A stretch of DNA of 64,000 nucleotides from Protoeuglena noctilucae. Its lineage: Eukaryota. The position numbers and the translations under genes are program-made. A model generated the notes under the pieces. It was given only the letters and a program-made list of their open reading frames with translations, searched no databases and had not been told where the DNA came from. Shown piece after piece: positions 34,901 through 48,454 of the stretch. The DNA lies in the NCBI GenBank assembly GCA_958009085.1, contig OY253680.1:806001-870000 (forward strand). Direction: 5' to 3'. Position 1 is the first letter of the stretch, and the number at the start of each line of letters is the position of its first letter.

Positions 34901-35437
34901 CTCCCAGTGGCCATGGCGGCGCCGTCGGTGGAGGTGCGCATCCACGGGGGGCGGGGCGGGGCGGGCAGCAAGGCCGGGGCTACGGCGGGGGCGGGGGCGG
35001 GGGCGGGTCCGTCGCTGACGTGGCGGGCGCAGTGGCTCGCGGACCGGGTGGGCGAGCTGGCGCGTCCGCTGGCGGGCGTGGCGGACGCGACGGTGGCCCG
35101 GGCCGTGGGGGCGCTGGCCGTGGGCCTCTTCAGCGCTTACGCCGAAGCGCTAGTGGCGGCGCTGATGGGGCCGCGGGGGGAGGACGGGGAGGCTGGGGCG
35201 GACGGGGATGGCGCGGACGGCCGCGTGCGGGGTGCCGTGGTGGGCCTGGCGGAGCGGGAGGCGGAGCTGCAGGCGGCAGAGGCGCTGGCGACAGAGTGGA
35301 TCCCTGAGGCCATGGCTCCCCTGGGGCGCGTGGCGGGGGAGGTGGTGCCGGTGGAGGCGCTCATGGAGGTCGTGGAGCACCTGGCGGAGTGCGTGGAGCT
35401 GGGGGGCGAGGAGGGGTCCGCGCAGGGGGGGCGGTGA
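31929..35437 (+). CDS. Exo84/Vps51-like tethering-complex subunit (divergent), spliced
   Basis: IDLREFFLTH...LSRLHQECGEHIQSAVRANYQSLMH...LEGIRAALL resembles the Vps51/Exo84 N-terminal domain. The rest is helical. The start is inferred. Confidence 0.5.
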
Positions 35438-35589
35438 CGCGCAGGGGGGGCATGTTGGGCGAGTGCGTTTACAGCGCGTGCAAAGGGAGGGAAGCAAATG
35501 GGGTCAGCAATGGTGTGGGGAGCCGCTAATGTTGCGGCACGAGCGATGCTCTGCGATAGGTTGAAACGTGCAAGTCAGTGTCCCGGGGC

Positions 35590-36196
35590 TCAGCCCTCGC
35601 CGGGACCCCCCGCCACCTCGGCCCCCGCCGGCCCCGCCTCTGCCGCCGCGTCCGCCTCCTTTTGCATGACGGCCACCTGGCGCTCGGCCAGGGCCGACAA
35701 GAAGATGATGTTGGTTTGGAGCTTCTCCTGCAAGCCATGGCAGACACAAGCACGGCTCGTGGCGAGACTGGCGCCTCGGCAGCCTCCCTGGTGGACTGTC
35801 CGTCCGTCCTCGGTGCCCACCTGGTACTTGATGCACTCGTTCAACCTCCCCACGTTCTGGTTTTCCACGATGGCCTTGATCAGCAGCTCGTTCTCCTCCA
35901 AATACCGCTGCGGGCAAGGACGACACGTTGTGGGCACGCAGGCGCGCGATGGACCGCGGTTGCCCCGCCAGACAGGCACAGCGGTCGATCACAAACCTGC
36001 ACGACGTCCGTGGTGATCTGGGGCGTCGCATCGGCAGCCTGCGAGGGCAACAAGTGTGGGCGGGCCGTCTTTACGCGCGTCGGGAGGCACGAGAGCAGGT
36101 GCAGGGTCAGGCTCTCGGGTCTCTCGTCCAACCACACACCTCAGTCTTGCCGCCGTCCTGCGCACTCCCCGGATGGGCCCCCGCGCTGGCCTCCAT
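35590..36196 (-). CDS. SSXT-domain protein (GRF-interacting factor / SS18-like coactivator)
   Basis: TPQITTDVVQ|RYLEENELLIKAIVENQNVGRLNECIKYQ|EKLQTNIIFLSALAE matches the SNH/SSXT domain. Confidence 0.88.
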
Positions 36197-36528
36197 GCGG
36201 CGCAAGGCCGAAAGGCCGGCCCCGAGAGGGTCAGCGGGCGCTTCTCCCCGCTCGCGTCCTCGGCAGCTATCGTTGTGGTCGCAACGCACGTCGCAGGAGG
36301 CCCTGAGCACCCCGCGGGATTGGTAAGAATGACGTGCCAGAGTTCCAAGCTTTCCGCGCTCCTCGGGCCGTCCTCTCGCCCGTCCCGCCGCGTGTCGTGT
36401 TGGTCGATTCGTTCCGCGAGGCTGCCGCGTCGTGTCATCGGGTCAGCGCTCCTTTCCGGGCCACCGGTCGTTGCAGAGTCGCGGGGAGGGGGTCGTCCGC
36501 CGCAGCGAGGCCGGCAAAGGGGGGGAGA

Positions 36529-38125
<1,597 letters not shown>

Positions 38126-38858
38126 TGGCAGCGCTGTGCTCTCGCTTGGGTGTGCTAGCCGGAGGGCTCCGTCATGAGAGAGGCCGCTGGCGCCGTTTTC
38201 TGGCTTAATGACCGTTGAAAGAATTAGACCCTTCTTGCGAGGCGCCCAGCTGTATCGTGGGCGAGATCCGATCCGATAGCATCACAGAGTGCGCGAGCCG
38301 GATGTCTCGACATGCAAAAGGAGGTGGGTCAGATGTGATCGTTCCCCCGGTGCCCTTTTCGCTCGGCCGACCAGGACTCGACATGCCGCTTCGCCCTGCG
38401 CTCGCAGTGTGACGCCATCATCGCACGCGACGGAATGGAGGACGCAAGCGGCGCTCAGTGCAGGCGAGCTGGCTGGGTGGTTAACCGTTTCCTCACGGCC
38501 CGTTTGCGGCGCCAGGGGGGCGTTCGCCTGGCTCCTGCGCATCCAATTGGTCAGTGACTCATTCGAGGAGCGCGATGCGGCTGCTTGTCGGACCGCGGCG
38601 CTGCTTTTTGCCTGGGAAGTGCGTCGGGCGGCGACAATCGCCCTTCCATCGCCGTGGCGCGGTTCGGATTAGTGGAATGAGCCATCGCGAGCATCGCGCG
38701 GCCCGGCTCGGCCCCAGCGAGAAAGTTGCCGGCACTTTTTCCGGAACCCCCGAGCGGCCCCGCCTTACCGCCCATTCCCGCTATTGACGAACCTTGAGAT
38801 TCCTCGGGCATTTTCGGGGCCTTCGCGGCCCTCCTTCCGCGATTTCCGCGCGCCTCGC

Positions 38859-40178
38859 ATGCCAACTGCATCTGCCGTGCCGCTTTCCCGCAGTAGCGGC
38901 GATGCCGACCCCAGCGCGGGCGTGGGACCCCTGCGCTGCGCGGAGACTTGGATCGCAGGGCTCCTGCAGGGGCACTTCTTCCATTCGTGCCACGCGCACC
39001 TGCTGAGGCGGAAGTGCGAGGTGTGCGCCGGTCCGCTCAGCCACCGGCAGCCAGGCGCAGCTCCTTGGCATTCGTTCCTCACTCTACCCCCAACCCTCGC
39101 CCCATCTCAGACCACCTTCTTCTGCACCGACTGCTGCTCCTTGCCCCTCTGCATCCACTGCCTGGACGACCACCGCCACCACCACGTCATCCAGGTGCGT
39201 GAGCGTGTGGGTGGCAGGCCTGCGCCACTGTTCTACCTGCCCTGAACGGTTTGGTATAACGCCTTTACCCTTCACACACCCCCCGCCGCCCTTGCAGGTT
39301 CGCAAGTACGTCTACTGCGACGTGGTGCGCACCCAGGACGTCCAGAGGTACGTCGACCTCTCGGGCGTCCAGACGTACATCATCAACGGCGCCCGCGTGG
39401 CCTTCCTCAACCCCAACCCGCGCCGCCGCGCCGTCAAGGGTCCCACCACGTGCGTCGAGTGCCGCGCCGCCACCAGGGAGGGGTGCAACTACTGGTGAGC
39501 GCAGGAAGCGACATGCGGCTACTGGTGCGAGCTTCCTGCCAATGGGGGACCTTCCCCCATCTCGCGTTCCCTTCCCCTGCCCCGCAGCTCCCTCGCCTGC
39601 CGCGTCGTGACCCTCGCCCGCGCCGGCGTGCCCCTGCGGCCCCCCGTGGACATTTCCAGCTGCGACGAGGCAGAGGACATCGTGGCGCCTCCCTCCAAGG
39701 TGAGGCGCGAGTGCGATGCGAGCGCCACGCACCGCCCCTTGGACCACCCACCAAGGCAGCACCGGGCCAGGCGCCCTGCTTCTCATGTCCAAAGCACTGC
39801 AAAATTAATGTGCCATTTTCAGGCCCTCCTTCCCGCACCCCGACCTCCCCGCAACCCCTCGCCCCCACAGCGCTTCCGCACCTGCCCGACGCCAGACGGG
39901 GGCCCCAACCCCCACTTCCTCCGCTCCGCCAGGGCCCCCGTCGTCCGCCCTGCGCCGCCCCTCCGTCCCCCTGCTGCGGGGCCGCCCTTGACTCCCTCGC
40001 CACTGAGACGGTCGCCCCCGCCACGGGCGCCGCCCCCGCCGGCCTGGGCCGCGCCGACTCCGGGCAGGAGGGCGAGTGGCTGGGCGCCAACCCCGGGCCG
40101 CGGGCCCCCGTGCCCAGCCGGCGCAAGCAGTTCTCGCCCCACCGCAGCCCCGCGCCCCAGTGGCAGGCGCTGTTCTGA
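38859..40178 (+). CDS. PLATZ zinc-dependent transcription factor
   Basis: WIAGLLQGHFFHSCHAH, FCTDCC...LCIHCL...HHVIQ|VRKYVYCDVVR...VQTYIINGARVAFLNP, CVEC...YCSLAC and the C-terminal SRRKQ...PHRSP. Confidence 0.9.
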
Positions 40179-41300
40179 GACCCGACACAGCTTGACTGTC
40201 TAATGCAGCGCCGAGGCCGGAGCATCCGGCTCGGCTGCCGCGGCCCGCAGAGCAGCCGAGGTTTCCCGGGATGACCGGGTCGGCATGTCTCTGCTCCTGC
40301 ATGCCTTGCCTTGCATCCCTATGTTGTGCAGCGGGGCAGACCCGCGCGCCGCGCCCCACACGTGCGACGGGGCTGAGATGGCGCAGAGACGCCCCCGCTG
40401 ATTCGAGTGGCCGGGGCACGAGCCGCCCGCTGTCTGAGCGAGCACTGTGCGCCGGCGCGGCTCCTAGAAAGACTTTCCAACCGCCTTCCCGGGGGCACCT
40501 GCGGTCGCCGCCCTTGCTGCCGGGGCGCGTCCCGCGCCGCTCGGCCCGACGTTCGTCACTCTCTCCGCCCCGACCGGCGGGACGAGGTTTCTGGACTCGC
40601 CCATTTTCCCGCTTCTGCCGGGCAGTCCGAGCAGCCTCACGAGTGCTTGGCAACCTGGATCATGACCCCACGACCCTTTTCTCCGCATCCGCCGCCTGCC
40701 CTGCACCATTGTCTCCCTGGCCCGAGCTGTGGCAGCCGCCCCTCTCGCGACACCAGTCCATGCCGGCAATGCCCGCCGCGCATTGTCCCTGAGCCCATGC
40801 CACGCATCCCACCGCCCGCCTTGCTGACAGCATAAACATAGCCCACTTTGCCTTTTAGCTTCCCGTTTAGTCTGTCCCCGCCCGGCGCGGCCCCCTCGCG
40901 TCGGCCCGGCCTTTTCCCAGCGCCTCGGCCGGACTAGGGTGGGGCCGGGGTTTGGGTAACATCACACCGGGTGCCACCGACAGGGCGTGAGCGACCCCGG
41001 TATGACCATGGTCGCAGAGGCATGTGTCTGTTGCGCTACCATGCCTCAAGGAATGTGCCCACGGCACCTGAGACCCAGTGTTTCTTTTAAGAAGACCCAT
41101 TGGCGCTCGCCATACCCACGTTTGCGTTGCAGTTCCTTATACTCACTCACAAGTGGGGGTAGCTCGGGACGTGGGCGGCCACTGTTTGAACGTCATTTGA
41201 AGCAGACATGCTCACATAGGAAGGACACCCTAGGAGGCCAGCACTCGCACAGAATTGTGGCACCGTTGCACCCCAGCCACAAATGGGTTGGCTCTCTTCA

Positions 41301-43879
41301 TTAAGCGAACTGCGTAGTGTGCCCCGCCCGCGTCTCCTCCTCAGGTGGGGTGCCCGGCAGCGCGGCCCCGTCCTCATCGTCCTCCGAATCGTCGTCATCC
41401 GTCAGCAGCCTGCGCACGTTGCGCCGCCAGCCGCGGCGTGCGGGCATGGCCGCCACCCGCGCCGCCATCTGCGCCCGCACTTGGGCGTAGTCCCCGTCAA
41501 CGCCCTTCTCGTCCACCTCGACCCCCACGGCGCCCGCCCACGCCCTCTCAGCCGGGGCTGGTGCTGCCGCGTACCTGGCCTGTGCGGCAAACGCCGCAGG
41601 GCTTTCTCTCGCACCGGCTGCTGTCCCCGCAGCGTCGGCCCTCGACGGGAGGTCGAAGGCCGCGGGCGGGGGGGGCTGCGAAGGGGCAAGTGGGCGAGAC
41701 TCGCGTCAACTCGATGCACAAGGCACAATCACGAGGGCAACACAAGCATAACCCACCCTAACCCAAATAATAGAACACGCGCTCGTTTTCAGTCCCCCCA
41801 TCCCTCACCTCGTCCGCCTCGTCGTCGTCCAAGATGCGCTCCGCCAGCAGCTGCGACAGGCGCTTGCCTGGCGTGGACTGAGAAGAGAGGGCAGCGCGAC
41901 TGATCGTAATGCAGACACACGATTAGCTTAGCAAATGTGCGCCCCATCCACCGGCAATCAGCAAAACCTCACCGGCGCGGTCATCCCTGACCCACGCGCC
42001 GCATGCCCTGTCTCCGGGCTACGCCACGCCCCTGTCCCGGCCCCCGTTCCCACCCCTGTCCCCGCACCGTCACTGCCCCCCACTCCCCCTTCCCTCTCGA
42101 ACCGCCCGCTCGCCACCCCCGCCCCGCTCCGACCCCCGCTCCGCGCCCACGCCGGCGTCCCCCCGCCCGGCACCACGGCGAAACCCGACCCAATCCCGCT
42201 CCCGCCGCTCCCTCCCCGCGCATCCCCCACCCTCACGCCCTCCATTCCCCGCACCACCCCCGCGACCCCTCGCTGCTCCTGCGACCACCCCGCGCCCCCC
42301 GATCCCGTCCCCCACCCACGGGCGTGGGCCGGCGGTGAGGGCGTGGAGGCGGTCGGCGCCGTTCGGGGGAGAGGATGCGAGCCGCGAGCGCCGTCCCACG
42401 CACTGCCGCCCGCCTCATTCCCCGCCACCTCATCCCCCGCCGCCGCACTGGCCGGCCCCGCTCCCTGTGCCCCTTCCGCGTCTGCCTCGCCTCCGTCGTC
42501 CTCCACGAAGGTCGCCAGCATCAGCTCAGCACGCACCAACTCGTCTGCACGGTTAACGAAGACAAACACTGAATGCTTGATGCGACACGTGGCACGTTAG
42601 AATCGCCCCTCATTCGACCAGCAGCTGCCATCCCACCTGCCCCCTCCTCGGGCCCGTCCGGCCCCGGTCGGTACGGCTGGATGACGAGGGGCGCGCTGGG
42701 CTTGTCCAGGAAGACCAGGACGTGGCGCCGGAGGGCCTCGCAGAGCGCCACCCCCGCTCGGAAGTCCCTCAGCTTGAAGGTGCCGCGGGACTTGGCACCG
42801 GGCCTGTGGTCGTAGTTCTGGAAGGCGTGGCTGGCCTGGACGTTCATGCGGGTGCGGAGGACCTCGTCGGCCTCCGGGCGCCGCGCGGCCTGGCTGTCGT
42901 GGTAGCTGCCCAGCTCCACCGTGATGCCACCCATGGCGTCATCCACCTGAGGCAAGACGAACGAGGTTCCTTGTGCTACCATGGCTGGGGAAAGGTAGGC
43001 AACGGCCGCGTTGGGAACGTGGGTGCTTGAAAGGAAAGCGGAGGTGCTCACCCGGGGCTCCACGGCCAGGGTGACCTCCGTGACGGCTTGGGAGAAAGTG
43101 GAGAGGAGCTTGTTGAGATCGGCGGGGTCGGCGGCGAGCTTTGTGGCCATGCGGCTGGTATCCGCTGCGGGGCAGGGGGCCGTGCAGTGATGGCGCTGCG
43201 CCTCTCGCCAAGGTCCCTGGCGCAGCAGTGCATTTTCGCAATATCCAGATGCTCGCCTGTGCCGCGCAGGTTCTCCACCTCCGTCACCGCGACGCGGTAG
43301 GTCTTGACGAGGCCGCTGGGGACCGTGACCTCGAAGCTGGCCTGCCCCAGGCGCGTGTCGGCCGAGAACCGCAGCGTCTCCATCTTGTGCGACCTGCGGC
43401 GCCGCGGCGCAAGCGTATGGATAGAATTCGCAACGATAGAGGTCCGAACCAAGCCAGATGCCCGCAGCGATGCCTCCGCGGGCGCCCGGGCACCTCAGCG
43501 CGGCCAGCACGGCCTTCATGGGGAGGCCGCCCCAGACCTCGGCCTGGGTGACGTGCAGCGACTCAAAGCACGCGGCGAGGAACGTGACGGACAGGTACGC
43601 GGTCTTGGACGTGTTGATGGCGCGGAGGTGGACGACGGCGGGCGTGGCATCCAACACGAGGTCGGTCGAGACCCTCTGCGGGGCGGAAGGGGGTCGCCTG
43701 GTATTCCCAAGTCACGTTTATATAACGAGCTTGCGTTGAGAATGCAGGGACCGCCGCGAAGGGGAAGGCCTGCGCCACACGCGGACCTGCAGCGCTAGGA
43801 TGGCGGCGCGGAAGGTGCGGAGGGCCTTCCCGGACAGGAGGAAGGATACCCTGCCGCCTTCTTCATCCCCACGTGCCAT
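41301..43879 (-). CDS. RAD9: Rad9 checkpoint clamp (9-1-1) subunit
   Basis: LSGKALRTFRAAILALQ|RVSTDLVL...LRAINTSKTAYLSVTF, SGLVKTYRV, TFKLRDFRAGVALCE...FLDKPSAPLVI and an acidic tail with PGTPP. Confidence 0.8.
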
Positions 43880-44312
43880 TGCTGAGGCTCACGGGCCGCG
43901 CGGGTCCCGTCTCCGCCCCGCAAAGACCGCAGCACGAATGGGACGAGTTGCAGCGGGGGGGGGGCGACGGAGCGCTTGCGCAGGCTTGAGAAAGCAGGTC
44001 AGGCGGCACCGGTGACAGCGCCTTTTTCGCGGGGAGCGGGAGCCGGCAATGAGAGGAAACGGCGTGCCTGACACTCTGCGGATGGCGCAAGGACAAAGCC
44101 AAGCCGGCGATCATCGACCTCGCCATGCGTCATGTGGCCATGTGTCTTCTCTTCGTTGCTGCCATCGCTGTCAGTTGTTGATTCTCGAGCCTGCAGGACT
44201 TTCTTGCCGTTTGCACACCCTTGGGCTTCAGAGCGGGCAAATTGAGTGCAAAGCTGTCCAACACCTCTGCTGCTTGTCTGTTCATTGTGTTAGGGGTCGT
44301 ACAACAGCCAGG

Positions 44313-45821
44313 ATGGGCGACGAGGACGAGCAGACGCGCCTCACGCGTTCTCTCACATCGGTGTGTCTTTTCAGCAGCTTCCCGCCTCCCGCGCACGCTC
44401 CCATGATGTAGTGCATCGCTAGTGTCGCTGTACAGCTGATCCCTGCGGTCATCGACGGGTGGCCGCGTCGGTCGAGGCGTCCCCGGGGCTCGATTCCTCG
44501 GCCGTTGTGGCAAACCGCCTGCGTCCGATCCGGCTTCGCAGCGCAATGCGTCCATCAGCGACTACGACCTGGTTGACGTGATGGGCCGCGGGAAGTTCAG
44601 CGAGGTGTGGAGGGCCAAGAGCAAAGGCACGGGGACGCCCGTGGCGCTGAAAAAGGTCTTCATCTTCGAGATGATGGACGCCACGCAGAGAGGGGACTGC
44701 ATGAAGGAAGTGAACCTGATGCAAAAGCTTCAGGTGCGGGCCGGTGCAGCCGATGGGCCGTATTCTGGTCCCTTGGCACTGCCCCCGCTCTGCGCCGCCA
44801 CGGCACTCTTTGCGCGCCGCAGCACCCGCATATCGTCTCCATCCTGGACGCCTTCTTGGATGGCAACGATATGGTGCTCGTGCTGGAGTGCTGCGAGGGC
44901 GGGGACCTGGCCGGGGTGCTGCAGCAGTGCGCTCAGAAGAAGCAGCCGCTGAGCGAGGCGGAGGTCTGGAAGTGGTTTGCGCAGGCGAGTCCGCGATCGC
45001 TGCGGCCACTCGTGGCATCGCAGTCGACCCGGATGGGCTACTTGCACCGCTGGACCCACACCTGTGACGATGCCATACCCCGACGCCCACCCTATGCTCC
45101 GCAGGTCTGCGACGCCGTGTTCCACATGCACAGCCTCCGCATGATGCACCGGGACATCAAGCCAAGCAACATCTTCGTCACTGGCACGGGCGACGTCATG
45201 CTGGGGGACCTGGGGCTGAGCCGCTTCCTGTCCAGCCAGACAGTGCAGGTCCAGAGCATGGTGGGGACGCCTTGCTACATGTCCCCCGAGGTGACTGAAG
45301 ATAGCCATAACCAAGGAGACCCAATTGTGCCCTGGGTTTCATCTGCTGTTTCACTCACCCTTCCCCGTCTCATCACTCCCAGGCCATCCGGGGCATACCC
45401 TACGACTTCTCATCCGACGTGTGGGGCCTCGGATGCCTGCTCTACGAGCTCGTGGCCCTCAAGAACCCCTTCATCCGGAGCGGACTGAATTACTACACCC
45501 TGGGGAAGAAGATCACCAGCTGCGACTACGAGCCGCTGCCAGAGTGGGCGTCGGAGGCGGTCAGGGACACGGGTGAGTGGCGAGGGCGGGGCGTGAGTGG
45601 GAGGTGGTGCTATGCGAGTTCTATGTGACGGAGCAGGGCGGATGGGTGCAGATGTGTGGGACTGACTCTGATTGTGTCATTGCTTAGTACTATCTGTGAC
45701 TGCAGTGGCGTGGATACTCAAGGCCGACCCCACGGCGCGTCCGTCAGTCAAAGAGGTGCTCGAGTCTGTGCGGAAGCGGCTGGGAGAGCTGGGGGTGGAG
45801 ATGGCAGGGCCGGGGCAATGA
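44313..45821 (+). CDS. NIMA-related Ser/Thr kinase (NEK6/7-like)
   Basis: MGRGKFSEVWRA, VALKKVFIFEMMD...DCMKEVNL, MHRDIKPSNIF, LGDLGLSRF, VGTPCYMSPE, SDVWGLGCLLYEL. The start is uncertain (44313 or 44049). Confidence 0.88.
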
Positions 45822-46041
45822 TTGCTAGCTATGCGGGTGGAATGGGGGGGGCCTCAGCCCAGCCACATGAAAGCCGAGATGGACACAGGCGCTCTGCTGC
45901 ATTGGGAGTGAGCAGATTGAATGTCCTCGATGTCTCCAGTGATTCGCGAGTTCAGACTGACCCCCCAGAACATCTCACGCTACCCCTCGCACCACGAACC
46001 CCAGCCAAGAGTGCCCCCGCGTCAGAGTGCTCCTAACCCCT

Positions 46042-47535
46042 CTACCCCCTCGTTCGCTTGATTTTCACGATAACGCCTCCCGTGACCTTGATCGAGTCCA
46101 CCAGCACCCACGACTTGAGACCGACCGACATGCGGTAGTGCACCTCCCAACGCCCCGGGCCCACGTGACACGGATCCCCAGCCACCAACCGCTGCCGCAC
46201 CGCATCCGCGCTCATGGGCCCCACCCCTGCGGAACGGAAGCGCACCAGGACGCTTTGCGACCAACATCGCGTGCCTGCCCTCACATGTATGCCATGGAAC
46301 GTGGAGAGCTTTCCGCTGGGCTCACCGGCCTGCTTGGCGGCCCCCACGATCTGCTCCACGGCCAGGTTGAGGCGCTTGGCCACCATGGCCCGCCCCGGCC
46401 CCCACTTCTGCCCGTCCGTCGTCACCAGCACGCAGCCCTCGTGGCAGACCTCCTTGCACAGCGCCGTCGCCCACGTGGTGCTCCCCTGCGCCACCGCATC
46501 TAAAAACGCCGCCGAGAAGCGGGACACGAGGTTCCTGCAGCACGGACGCGGGGGCCAGTCAGCGGATTCGATCCCTTACGCAACTCTGCCCCGTCCTGTG
46601 GCACGCCAGGCACTCACCTCTCCTTCTCCTCCGCCGTCAGCACAGCCTGCCGCATCCCGGGAGTGCCGCTCGCCGTCGCCTGTCCCAACAGAGATCTGCG
46701 GGAAGGGACCGAGAGCGCACGCCTCGCAATGCGCCTCAGTTCTAGTTCTACTAAGCACCCGTGGCGCGTGAAGCCCGAGTCGCCGCGTGCTCTGCCAGTG
46801 GCGGCTTATGACGCACCGAAGGATGCCCTTGGGCGACTCGGGCTCCGTGAGGGGAACGTGCTCCGGGGCCCCTTGCCCCGACCCCCTGCCGCTGTGCCGC
46901 AAGCCACGCAGGCTACGGGCGGGCCAGGTGTCCGTCGCCGTCGTCGCGGACTGCTTCTGGTGCGAGGCTATCCGCGTCTCGACGCTTTCCTCCTCCGCCT
47001 GCACCCATAGGAGCGCATGTATGCTTGGGACTGGCAGTGTGTCATGGCAAGGGCGTGCGGCACACATGTGGGCCCGCTGGGCGGGTGACGGCGCAAGACG
47101 CTGCACACCTCGGGGAGCTTCCTGGAACGTCGCTCGGGCAGGAAGCGGCCCAGGGGCATCAGCGGCGGGGTTGCGGCGCCCGGCCGCAACGGCGGGCCCG
47201 ATAACCGCGGCTCGCTCGACTGAGCCGAGCTGGCGTCCCCCCGGTCACAAGGCTGCGGACACGGATTACCGGCGACCGCGTCTCATTGCGTGGATACGGC
47301 GGCTTCGCGGGCGCAATCACCAGCACACTCCCGTCAGCAACCTAGGACGGGAGGGCCGCGCCAGGCCCGCTGCGCGCGCGTTCGCCGAGGCGTGCAGCGT
47401 ACTGACCTGTTCATCGTCGAGCCCGGGGCGTCCGAGCTTGTAGACCGTCGCGTCTGCCGTGGCGGCCACAACCAGCGGGATGGGCGCAGGCCGTTGCCCC
47501 AGCGCCGAGGCGATGGACCACGGCGCGCAGCTCAT
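46042..47535 (-). CDS. Hypothetical protein, spliced; C-terminus possibly NTF2/SnoaL-like alpha+beta fold
   Basis: Exons with GT-AG boundaries (MSCAPW...LDDEQ|, AEEESVETR..., VSRFSAAFLDAVAQG...VLVDSIKVTGGVIVKIKRTRG). I do not recognise a family. Confidence 0.4.
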
Positions 47536-48454
47536 GGCCCACACGTGATATTCAGCGACGTAAGATCGCGCCAATCGCCCTTGATTGGGTCTCCAGCCTC
47601 GCGGCGCGCTCTCTCCACCCCGCTGCAGAGGTAGGGGCCATGGAAGGGAGTGGGAGGCGCAGCAGGGGGTGCTCCGATGGCAGCAAAGGAGCACGTGAGC
47701 TCTAAGAATCACATGCATTCACTGCGACCTTGCGCGTGTGCAAGACCCGGGGTCGGCTTGGTGATGTCACCCGTCTGTCCCGCCATGCCGTCGCAGGAGT
47801 GAGACATTCGCGGCCTGCCATCAACATCTCTATCATACGCCAGCAGCGAGGGATGGGAGCGTGGCGTGCGATGGCCGGGGACGCGCATTCCGGGCCCAGC
47901 AGCCCCCGCGGGTGTGGCAGCCTCAGTTGCGCCTGGGGAGCCCCTCCTGCCTCCGCGTTCACCGGCCTCCGGTCTTTGCTCGCCTGAATGACCCCCCTGG
48001 TACCCTCGCCGCACCCCCTCCCGCAGCCGGCGTGCCAGGGAGGGAGCTGGACCGCAACCACCGCTCTCGACGCGCTCGAACGCGCCCTGAACGGCGGAAG
48101 ATGATCTCCGGTCTCCCCCAGCGACTGGTATGTGCATGTCTAGCGCTCACGCGCATGGAACGCGCGACCCGCCGCAGGGGACGAGGCGAGTGCAGTGTCA
48201 GAGCGACTGACGCAGCGGGCCCGGCGACGCGAGCTGCGGGGTGCGATGCCGCCCACCACTAGTTTACTATCCTCTTCGGTGTGCGCATGCGCTGACAGAA
48301 CCGTACGGCCAGGGAGAACAGGGGTTTGCTAGGGCGTCCATCCTCGAGGCCCGACGCGTCGGCTTTGCCGTGTCCAGTGGCTGCGAGTGGCGACAGTCGC
48401 TCAGGGAGACCGCGGTTCTGCCCTGTCGGGCGCGGGGGGCGGTGAAGGAGCACC

